From Bigelowiella natans CCMP2755 (lineage: Eukaryota; Protista; Cercozoa): a DNA stretch of 33,964 nucleotides. This document shows positions 1 to 10,111 of this stretch, one piece after another; the stretch's first letter is position 1, and each line of letters begins with the position of its first letter. Location: assembly GCA_000320545.1 (NCBI GenBank), contig ADNK01000646.1, positions 1 through 33,964 on the forward strand, written 5' to 3'. Position numbers and translations under genes: made by a program. The notes under the pieces were generated by a model. The model did no database searches. It was not told where the DNA came from and was given only the letters and a program-made list of their open reading frames with translations.

Positions 1-329
1 AGCTGCCCAACATCATGTGTCTGATACTGTATTCTATCGATACTTTCAGTTTGGCGTAGTTGCTCGCCCTGGGTCGCAAGGCTCGTAATGCCATTACGAC
101 CTTCTTGCTTTCGGCGGCCACGTCCTCGTCGTCCGCATCGTAGAAGTTCTCCAGTCCCTCTGCTGCTGCATCTGCTTTCTTAATCCCGGGTGCTGGTCCC
201 GGCGGTGCCCTGTGGAGGTGTTCCTCCTCCTTCCTTAGCGTCCGTATCGCCCTTCCTTTCCTGTTTCTGCTCGTGCCCTTGCACGGCCTGCGAGCCAAAG
301 TCCTGCTGTTCTTCTAGCTGCTGTGACAT
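1..329 (-). other. Possible 5' end of a gene or degenerate element running off the left edge (frame-disrupted ORF)
   Basis: ATG at 329 gives MSQQLEEQQDFGSQAVQGHEQKQERKGD... but stops after 49 codons. An overlapping frame reads RKEEEHLHRAPPGPAPGIKKADAAAEGLENFYDADDEDVAAESKKVVMALRALRPRASNYAKLK... open to position 1. No recognisable domain. Confidence 0.25.
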
Positions 330-1196
330 TGTTAGTCAAATCGTTTCCCGTGTGTGGAAGCCAAAGGTTGTTGCGCGTAAGGTGTTCACAGGCCGAGGCG
401 CTACGTGCACAAGTAGGCAGGGGGGGGGGAAGGCACGTTTGCTTCCTTTTGAAGAGTTGTGTTTATTTTTATTAAAGATTATATTTTTATTAAATCGTGC
501 ACTGCGTAATCATTCGCGAAGCTTTCGCGAATGCCGCCGCACGTGGGGCAGCACACTTCCGGTGTGCTGCCATGAGTCCCGCCGGAACCCACGTGCCCAT
601 GCTGTATTAATATCTACGTTATCTATATTCTATATCCGCGACAACCCCTTTGTTGTCGCACGTGACTTGTGCCCGCGTAGTGGTACGCGCTACATTGTGT
701 TCAAAGATCATGGAGCGTGGACAAGAGACACGTCGTCTGTTTGTGTTTTGTTTTCTCAGCAAAGCGTGCGTTGTGCACACACGTGCGCCGCATTTCATGG
801 CCGCCGCAACAGACGACATAGCATTGGTTGTGGGCGTGTGACCACAGCTAGCTAGACAGGTTCAAAGGTGTCTGGTGCTAGACGTTGCTCACGACTTCTA
901 GACTTGTGAAAGGGTGCCACGCTAGGCATGTGCGTCTGTACTAGTGTTGTTGCGACGCTGTGTGTGCGATGCGTTTGTGTGTTGTGCCAACTTGCGACAG
1001 GGAAATGTTTTCGCACACGTTCCAGGCATTTCATTGCGCGGGCGAGATGGTTGACGACATCATTCCACAAAGGCAATCCAATGCGGCCACAACATGCACG
1101 TGCACATCTTGACATACATGGGCACTCAAGCACTGTTGCAGATGAGACATGCTAGCATGCAATCAGATGAATTGAGACTCGCCATGAATTTAGCTT

Positions 1197-3134
1197 TCAA
1201 AGTGTGTTTCCAAATTTCAGCGTCACCTTCTTCTTCACCATGACACCTTTCTTCCCCACCAAAAACTTCAGCAATTTCGTCAACGCCTCAATGACTGTCT
1301 TCTCCTTCGGATAAATGCAAGGTGCAATCCTGTAAAGCATTTCAAGAAACTCTGGCCATTGCATCTCACTGTCTTCAGACATGAGCTCACCGTTAAATTG
1401 GGGTTCGATAGGCATGCAGTATGCCTTGTACGCTTCCCTGCGCTTCAACTCCGAGCCCTTTCCAAATAGCTCAATATCTTTAAGCCATGATGTGTATTCG
1501 TCTATGCTCATTGATGCTGTGGCAACGTCATCCTTTCGATCTTCCTCTGGCTTCATTCCTTCGTCTAGCATGGCAATTGGTAGAAAACATTTAGTGAAGA
1601 GTGACCTAAGAAATGGGTTGAAAGCGCGCTTAACTTCGAGCGTGTCCATTTCTCGGCGGAGACGAATAAACCCCTCCAGCAAACTCTTCTGCTTTGGCAA
1701 AATATGTTCCTCTATCAACCGTTTGAATCCCTCTCCTACTCCAATTTTGCGCCATTTTACCAAAGAAATTCTCACCAGAGCCTCGAGAAATTCAGACCGT
1801 ATGAACTGATTGCTCGGGTTGTCAGGGTCGCTTGAAATTTGCATTCCGCGCTTTAAATCTACGCCATCTAATTCTTCGTCGGAACCATAATCTTCATCGA
1901 CATTCACCCGAACAAAAATCTGTGAGACATTGGAAACTGTGAATTTCTTTGTGTATATCTTCAATTTCGCAATTAGGAGAGAGAATGTGCTCTGGTCCAT
2001 AAATGATATAGGAATCTTGAGGCAGGAATATGCCCTAAATATTTGCTGCAGGTCATTCCAATACTGGTAAAGTATCGTTTTCACATCTTTTCTGTCACTT
2101 GCTTGGGGAACGACATCGTTCAGTTGTATTTCTCGCCAATCGCGAGCAAATAAACTTTCAAATTCGTCGCCGGTGGGTACCCGAGGAATCTCATACTCCC
2201 AGAATATTTCTTCTTCTTTCTTTTTTGGTTTTTCTGTTGGCGTCCAACCATTGAAAGTATCCCACGGGTCTACTTCGATATCTGGGGCAACGAAGGAATC
2301 GGCAACATGTATCTCGTTCATTCGTTGTGGAGTGCCTTTTGCCCCGGTTGCAAATATTACATCGTAAATTGAGCTGACTTCCACAATTCCCTCGCCCACA
2401 AAGTAAAACCGAAGAGGAGAATATGGGGGTACTTTCAATCGGGCTGCCATCTTCCGACCTTTACGGACAAGGCTTAGGGACTCACTATATCCATTTACAT
2501 TAGTGAACATCCTGACAGCCTTAGCAGCCGCAACTTTCCCGTCATATATAATTGTGAAATCAATCCAATCATCTCGAGGCGTATTAGCTATAACTTGCCA
2601 CATGCTTCGAATATCATCCCCATTATGTCGTTTTAGCGTTACAACCACTCCTTTTTCTTGCACTTTCTCCAAATACTTAGATATCTTCCAATCAGGTTGG
2701 AGTATTTTTTTGGTTTCCCTGTCACGGGTCTCAAGAACCTCCAGTTCGTCGATTTTGAACTTGAAGCGCATATACGTGACGTATTTGAGCTTAGCTACAT
2801 TCGAAACCCACTTGAAGTCCTCGTCGGTCGAAGATAGTCGTAACTTGAACTTGATATCGCGAACCTCAACAGACAACATCCTTGCCTGTCCCGCAGTCCT
2901 CACTTGAGGAGCTGAGAGCTTAGGTCTTCGTCCCGATATAGACATCGACAAGAAGCTCTGGCCGAATCTGCAAGGAGCCAGCCTATTCGGCGGCAATCTC
3001 GTCCCAGGTGTGCCGATTTGCCTCTTGGTCCTGGAAGATTTTTGGGCGCCCTGCCTTTTGCTTTTACGATTGCCATTGCCGCCAACCCCCGATCCCTGGA
3101 TGGATAGGCGAGATTTGGACTGTAAACTTCGCAT
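1197..3134 (-). CDS. Intronless 645-aa protein of unknown function; possible Par3/HAL-N-like, degenerate CBM48-like and EF-hand-like helical segments
   Basis: Uninterrupted 1938-nt ORF with protein-like composition. Repeated helical motif RSEFLEALVRISLVKW / WPEFLEMLYRIA. Domain guesses are by eye only. Confidence 0.85.
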   Translation of the reverse strand: MRSLQSKSRLSIQGSGVGGNGNRKSKRQGAQKSSRTKRQIGTPGTRLPPNRLAPCRFGQSFLSMSISGRRPKLSAPQVRTAGQARMLSVEVRDIKFKLRLSSTDEDFKWVSNVAKLKYVTYMRFKFKIDELEVLETRDRETKKILQPDWKISKYLEKVQEKGVVVTLKRHNGDDIRSMWQVIANTPRDDWIDFTIIYDGKVAAAKAVRMFTNVNGYSESLSLVRKGRKMAARLKVPPYSPLRFYFVGEGIVEVSSIYDVIFATGAKGTPQRMNEIHVADSFVAPDIEVDPWDTFNGWTPTEKPKKKEEEIFWEYEIPRVPTGDEFESLFARDWREIQLNDVVPQASDRKDVKTILYQYWNDLQQIFRAYSCLKIPISFMDQSTFSLLIAKLKIYTKKFTVSNVSQIFVRVNVDEDYGSDEELDGVDLKRGMQISSDPDNPSNQFIRSEFLEALVRISLVKWRKIGVGEGFKRLIEEHILPKQKSLLEGFIRLRREMDTLEVKRAFNPFLRSLFTKCFLPIAMLDEGMKPEEDRKDDVATASMSIDEYTSWLKDIELFGKGSELKRREAYKAYCMPIEPQFNGELMSEDSEMQWPEFLEMLYRIAPCIYPKEKTVIEALTKLLKFLVGKKGVMVKKKVTLKFGNTL

Positions 3135-3220
3135 GGCGAAGATGTAGCGTTGCTCCCAGGAGCTTCTCCGAACTTACCCCCGATGAAAAACACGCATCCT
3201 CCTGTTGGCCTGCCGCAATG

Positions 3221-3330
3221 AGGTCGTTCAGTCAAGTCTGGACCTTGCGCAGGCCGCAATGAACAATGAACAATGGTGTGCGAAACGCAGTGTCTCGAAC
3301 TAGGCTGTTCAGTCAAATCTAGACCTTGCG
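3221..3330. repeat. Imperfect 29-nt direct repeat in divergent promoter region
   Basis: aggtcgttcagtcaagtctggaccttgcg (3221-3249) vs aggctgttcagtcaaatctagaccttgcg (3302-3330), 4 mismatches. Confidence 0.7.
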
Positions 3331-3711
3331 TTTTCCTACGAGTAGATCCTACATGCGTTACTTATTCCTATGAGTACGACACCCAGGATGCATCACATTT
3401 CAATGCTGCGACATGCTTCAAATGGGCTCTCAAGATGTAAAAGCCATCGACTTTGTAAAGAATGTTTGTGGGATCATATTCTGAACCGAAAACATCGTAA
3501 ACCAGTCCTGAGAAATACTTATGTCCAGAAAAGAGCACGGCTAACCCTCTGCTCTACTGGCCACACAAGGAAGGTGCTTTTAACAGGACCAGAGGATGGG
3601 GGGGGGGGGGGGGGGGATGATGAGTGCTGGATGTTGACCATGGTGGAAATTTGTATTAAAATTTTTCACGAAACAAAACTAAACCGCCACAAACGTTGTT
3701 CCAAGTTGGAA

Positions 3712-6457
3712 ATGCCGTCCAAACTCCCCTTCCTCGATCTCCAGGGCAAAGTTGCTATCATAACCGGTATTTTTGGAGACTGGTGTTGATCGTGACGGGT
3801 TTCTTCTAAATCTTCCGACCATATCCGGCTTTCTTTTGGCCTTCTTACAACAACTAGGCGCCAGCAGAGGTATTGGAAGAACGTGCGCCCTTGAACTTGC
3901 AAAGCGAGGCTGTGGGTAAGTACTGTGCAGCGTATGTTAATGCCAGGCTTCATAGCTACTAACTCCCTACGAGCATTAAGACAGATAATCCTGAAATATT
4001 TATTATGTCTAACCCGTAGGGTCGTAATTGCAGCCAAGACAACCGAAGTAAGTAAGAGGAATCGCCATCTATGTACAGACAAACTTGCTGAAACCGTGCT
4101 TTTCTTTTGTGAAAAACAGCCCAAAAAAAATCTCCCCGGCACGATTTTCAGCGTCGCAGATGAAGCGAGGTATGGCCAGGAGGGTGTATACGTGTAACAT
4201 CATGCTGGGTTGGCGGCATTGATTGGATGAAACTTGTATCTCTCTCTCCTCCTAGGGCTTTGGGAGGAAAAGCACTCGCATACAAGCTAGACATACGGTC
4301 AGCTTCATAGAGAATGGCTCTATTCGGTCTGTGCGTAAGTGATTTTGTCTATTTTCTTTCGCCAGGGATGCAAAGCGGTGCGTTGAATGCGTGGAGGCGA
4401 CCTTGGAATACTTCGGAAAGGGGCCAGATATTCTTATCAACAATGCGAGGTTAGTCTTCGGCTCGATCACTTTTTGTCAACACCAATCCTATCACCATTG
4501 CGAATTGCAAATTGTTCAGTTATTGAAATGTAGTTGTGAATGGGCCATGCGCTGTCGTCTCTCTTTGAATGTAGCATACGCTACAAGTATTGATTTCTGT
4601 TATGAACCTCAGCGCACTATGGTGGCAAAAGATTGAGGACACTCCAATCAAAAAGTAGTTGACTATTTTCCATTAAAAAGTTAACCTTTTCCGTCGCTCG
4701 CTTTCCCCATTCATTCAATTGATGACTCTGCCAGATACGACTTAATAACATCTATCAACGTTCGAGGGACTTTCGCCATGACTAAAGTGAGAAGCCGCAA
4801 CAACACACTGCAAAAGCGATTACTCTCGTTCACAGTTTGCTTCACCAGGAGTTAGAAATATTGCATGTTGACCTTTGCCTTAGACACAAGCGCGCCTGAG
4901 CGCGCGCGCACGGTGACATATTGAACACACCTATTGGTGGTTACAACACTTTCCCCTTCACTTTCTAGGCTTGCCTCCCTTACATGGTGAAGCAAGGCTT
5001 TGGTCGCATCATTTGCATGTCGCCCCCCCTTGCTCCCATTGGTTTCAACGGTAAGGCTCGTTTTGCATACTTTCTGATAACCGTCAAGATATACGATTGA
5101 TTGCCAATACTCCTACCGTGTCGATACCTCATTAGTTTATTATTTTTTTAACGAATTGTACTGTAGCTAACTGGTGACCTGTGCCATTCCTCCCCCCCCC
5201 CCCTCCCCACCATATTGTTCCACTTTCCATGCTGGGTCTGGGTGGATGTTTAGGCCGAACAGCCTACAATGTTTCTAAGTTCGGTATGACAATGGTCGCC
5301 CTAGGGGTGGCAGAGGAATACCAGGATCAGGTGCTGCATTCGTAACACATGTTGTTGTCTCCTTTTACGTCGTAGAATTTTAGATGGCGGTGGTCATAAA
5401 ACGGGTACACGATAGATGAAGAAAGAGATGGAAAGGGGCAGGATTACACATTCTCCCTAGTAGCCTAGCATTTGAAGCGCTGTTCGTGCAAAAATATGAG
5501 CATATTTACTCCGACAGAACATAACCGCGCACTCGCTTTGGCCAGCCACCATTATTGAGAGCCTGGCTTCGATCAACTTCAAGCTGGGAGAGAAGGCTAT
5601 GTGGAGGAAACCAGAGTAATGTCTTCCTCTTTAAAAAAGTGATAACTAAGAAAGCAGTGGCAATTGCAGATTATGAATCGCAAAGGATAACCCTTTCGAA
5701 ATTCTTTGCCAGGATCCTTTCCGACTGTGTGATTGGGCTTATTGGAGAAGACAAGAGTTTTACAGGTGAGGGCAAACGCTGGCAAAATGCACATGCACAA
5801 AATGAGAGACACCGCTCAACCAAGACATCGAAAGCGATGAAAGGAATGACTAGTACCAAAATTTCCTCTACTTTTTCATTTTATGCTTGATCTGTTTGCA
5901 AGTGTTGTTGATAGTACTGCCCAGTCGCATCTCAACCATAGTTTCGTATTGGAGCAATGTTTTGTGACTTATTTTTATGAAAAAATAAAATAGGGAAGAT
6001 GCTAATCGATGAGCTGTACCTTCGAAGCCGCGGGTATCCCCTCTCCTCGCACATCCCATTGGCAAACAGAGGCTAATTGAATTATTCTCTTCTTTATTCA
6101 TGGACACCTTCAATTTAGATATAAGGATGAGGACTTTGTGAAGTATCGCTGTGACCCAAACGTGCGAACTTGTTCTTTGTCGTGTTGTCTTGTTGTGGAA
6201 ATCGTAGCAGCGGCTGTGGTTTTATTGAAACCCCTGAGGATGATCAGGGATTGGCGCATGTATGAGTTCATCCTATGTTTGCAGGTGGAACCTCCGAAAT
6301 TGTTAATGCAGGAGACATCTGATGTATGGATCTTTAGAGGGGATGTGAAAAAGGTTCTCCTTTTGCTTACCATATGAAGAATATACATAAGAGCTTGGAT
6401 TTGATTCAGTTGGATGAAGATAAGGAGAAGCTCAAGGAACTCCAATCGAAGCTGTAA
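3712..6457 (+). CDS. HSDL2-like short-chain dehydrogenase/reductase, predicted peroxisomal (PTS1 SKL), 16 exons
   Basis: Spliced product MPSKLPFLDLQGKVAIITGASRGIGRTCALELAKRGCGVVIAAKTTEPKKNLPGTIFSVADEAR...DILINNASALWWQKIEDTPIKKYDLITSINVRGTF...SPPL...AYNVSKFGMTM...SLWPATII...LKELQSKL*. Contains the TGxxxGIG Rossmann motif, YxxxK catalytic motif and HSDL2-type AAKT/LPGTI/SPPL/LWP motifs. All introns are GT-AG and phase-compatible. Confidence 0.92.
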
Positions 6458-6975
6458 AGGATGTTTAGTTGCTTCTTATTGTGAACTTTATCGATGTTAT
6501 TTTCATTAAAAACTATTACACACCATTAGACTGAACATAGACTGCCATGATGTCCATGTCATCACAACATTCATTATGAATGTGTTCATTACGTAGCAAC
6601 TAGACAAATTACGTATTTGTTACGATTCGTATCGGCAAATACAGATAGTTAATAGTGTCTAGAGTGTGTGCCATCTAGCCATGCCACTCTAGCACTGCTG
6701 ACATGTTTCTGCAGAGTTAAATGGTTTAGCAGCTTTTCAATTTGGCGTATGAACATGCATCTTTCTCCCGCTAAATGAGCCATTGCGAGGTTGTTACGCA
6801 GCTATTAAACACGACACGCGTAAGTCTCATGCCACTGCGATGCAAGCTCAATGAATGGTCTTAAATTACATTAGAACGCGCATAGTTGTGGACATTACAT
6901 GTAGAATTTCATGTGCAAGCTGCAGATCTAAATCATCTAGATTAGACATCCATGGATCATTAAATTATGAGCATG

Positions 6976-9301
6976 TTAGTTCATAATTGACTTGCTTCGT
7001 AAATGTGCCTGGGCAACATTATTCTCAGGATCTGAAGCATTCACTGACGGGAGCGTGGGTGTGGAGGACATTCTTTTTGTCCTGAGTTCCTGGTGACGGC
7101 TATTCGCCATCTTGTGTTCTGATTTTCCCTCATTATTGATACTACCTTCCCTTCTTGGTTTTGGTCTTGAACCAAGAATATCTTTTCGAATGATGTCCTT
7201 CAATTTTTGATTCTCACCTTTCAACATCTCTACTGCATTTTGCGCCATAGTCAGTTCTTGATTTCCCTGTTAGAATCCAATTTTAATTCGATTTCGACTC
7301 ATATTCAAAGTTTCAGTAAGTTTAGGGGAAATTACCTCGATCCAAATCTTATGAAGCTTCTTCACATCAAATATGAGTTGCGCTAAGACCTGGTCATTAC
7401 ACTTTAATATCCATGATCTTGCTTGCTTGATATCCATTGAGGCGAAAGTATTCATCTGAGTGGAAGCAATTTCGACTGATTCTAGAAGAGAGTTATAATT
7501 TGGTGTGAATTAGACTGTTATGAAACCGTCGCAAATTCGGGCCTCGATCTCGGGTCTTCTTCTATCGAATAGTCCCATGCGTTGAAAAGATTCTGCTCTT
7601 CCAGAGACAAGGGATCATTTAATAAACTATTTTGTAGGCTATCGCGGACCCATTTGTCTGCCGTTTTCTCGCTGTTTTCCACAGAAAAGGCTGCTGCCTG
7701 TGGTCTCACTAGGGAGGCTACTTCACCTTCCTCTAATGCTTTCCAATCTATTTCATGGAAGACATTATGCTCCTTCAAGTCCATTGACCCTCTAAAGTTT
7801 GATTCATTATTGTGAGTCAGTTTACTGTTAAAATCATTCAATAAAACAAACTCCCTCGAGTGAAATAAGATACTAGTTTTCAAACCTTTCTCCGCATCCT
7901 AATCGGGTCCTCCAATCAAGACGGAGCAGTTTCGATATCATATCTGCAGCGTTGTTGGACACGTGGGACCCGATATTTGGCCTCCTTTTGTCCACTATGA
8001 CCTTCGGATATAAAATCAATGCACATGAACACTTCATGATGACTTTTGAACTTACTACCTGCAGCTCTTGCTCCCATGTACGGAATTTTCTTCTTTTTTC
8101 TAGCCAAGGACTAGATTTTTTTCCATGAAGCATTGTCCAGAAGCATACACCAGCGCTCCACCTACACATATCATTGTATCTGCGAAAACATAATTTTAAA
8201 TAACAAGAAAAAGGACTCACCAATCTGGAGAGCAAACAGGGAATCCAGTCTCCATGACCAAAATTTCAGGAGACTGAATTTGAAAACAATGAGTGGGTTG
8301 AATGGTTCGATAGCAACATAAATATGTCTCAGTACAAGGTATCCCGACGTTCCGAAGTAAGACTTGCTGTCGAACTGAGTTTGTGAGTAATATCACGATG
8401 AACACTATTCAACCACCACTATTTTTAAGTTTAACCTTCGTAACAGAGCTCGGGAACTTTACAGCACCATTAAAATCAGCTAGTTTCAGATGACCCATTA
8501 TGTCCAAGAGACAATTCGCTTTATTCCGGATATATGACCATTTAGCACATTCAAATGAAAAAATAGAAACATAAAATGGATACCGAGTTTAACATCCATA
8601 TGAACAATTCCGAGGCTGTTATTGCATTTATATTAAAAAAATAAATCGACAAGTTACTGTATCAATTTGAACCTATGAAGGTGCTCCAAAGCCAAAATGA
8701 GCTCAGCAAATAGGAATATTGCGTGCTCTTCACTTAGTCTTGATTCTCGCCGTACAAGTTGGTCAACAGACCCGCCTTCGCAAAGATCAGTAACCAAGTA
8801 CAGGGTACCTGGATCTTGAAATGCATAATGCAGTTGTAGAACAAAAGGTGATTTCAACATTCCCGCCATGATATTGAATTCTGCCATTGTCCCCTCAAGG
8901 GCCTCTCGTTGTAGAACCTTCATTAGTAATATAATCCGTTAGATATCCAATCAATGGCCGGTCATATGGTAAATTATAATGTGCTGGTCTACCTCAGTCT
9001 TGGAGATGCACTAATTAAAACATTTCAAAAATTAATAAGACGTAACCCTTACAAAAACAGCTATGTTTAAACAACCTTTATTGCATATAATTTGTAATCT
9101 TCATCCGTTTGTTTGTGCTTTGGAGACCTAAATCTTCTTTTTCGTGCAGCTAACACGGCTCCGAAAGCTCCTAAAACAAATTTCCTTATTGCAAAGGAAA
9201 GCAATTCATTTCTTAAGTGCAACACTGACACAATGACCTGTTCCGATTCCTTGGACGATCTCCCATTTGTCCAGAGGGCTACGGCTGCTAGCTCCACCCA
9301 T
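6976..9301 (-). CDS. AGC-group Ser/Thr protein kinase, STK32/YANK-like, 13 exons
   Basis: Spliced: MGGASSRSPLDKWEIVQGIGTGAFGAV...YAIK-CISKTE (18-nt exon 8993-9010)-VLQRE...SPFVLQLHYAFQD...IVHMDVKLANCLLDIMGHLKLADFNGA...YFGTSGYLSPE...DWWSAGV...RLGCG...FHEIDWKALE...EEQNLFNAWDY (AGC hydrophobic-motif-like), then a helical tail. In-frame stop just upstream of ATG 9301. Confidence 0.9.
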
Positions 9302-9700
9302 TACCGTGAATCGATCTTATGGATACGGAGTCACACTCCCTCCCTCGATCCCCTCAATGAGTTGGAACTCCCTCGCCGTTGAAAACGTCGAATTTGGGGT
9401 TGCGGTTGTCCGTACAATAATGTACAATTGGGTTCGATGAGTAGTGCTGCAGGAGGAATGCAGTGCATTTATTAGTTGTCGCTATAATAAAATATTGTCG
9501 TAGGCTGAAACCCCCTGCTTTCTCGGTCTTCCACTCGTCAGCAGAAACTCGGAAGCCGTGGAATCCGAGATCCGACGATATCTTACGATCCAAAAGTTGC
9601 CAGGCTTGGACCTCGATTTCCATGTAGAATATAGGATTATTTTGCTCTGCGACAAAACAAAAAATGCAAAAATCCTAGTTTCTATTGAGAAGTAGTTCTA

Positions 9701-9752
9701 GCGCAAGATCCGAAATCGGAGCAGCGCCCGTACGGTACGGGCGATGCGCATC
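9701..9752. promoter_or_regulatory. Cluster of nested inverted repeats in the divergent kinase/fusion-gene intergenic region
   Basis: tccga-aa-tcgga (9709-9720); cgcccgtac-g-gtacgggcg (9725-9743); gcgca...tgcgc (9701-9705/9745-9749); perfect palindrome gatgcgcatc (9743-9752). Regulatory role is inference. Confidence 0.35.
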
Positions 9753-10111
9753 AAAACTCCTCCCCTAATCCCATCTTCCCGTCACTTATAGTGAATGGGC
9801 GAGATCGAATACCTAGTTATTTGTGCACGTGAAACTATATTTTGATGCTGCTCGTCCCTCTCTGAATCTGATGTTACGAGAACGAAGTGGTTTTTTTTAA
9901 ACTGGTCGATCTCGTTGATTCGAAAATGACAACAATGAGAGTGGGGCTGGGTGCAAGGGATAGCAGACACAGTAGCTTCCAATATTTTTTCTAGAGTCTC
10001 AGTTTTTCTTGACAGAGAATGGTGGAAAACGATGCATACGCCTGCTGATCAAATCTTCAGAATGCGTGTTTACTTCATCTCTTCGCACGATATCAACATC
10101 AGACAAGAACG

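Noticed and set aside
190-1155. Overlapping Cys/Arg-rich ORFs of 63-221 aa
   Set aside because: Mostly non-ATG starts and no domains; the composition reflects palindrome-rich intergenic DNA.
9354-9623. 89-aa ORF upstream of the kinase as an N-terminal exon
   Set aside because: The kinase has a convincing MGGASS start with an in-frame stop just upstream. At most a uORF; unsupported.
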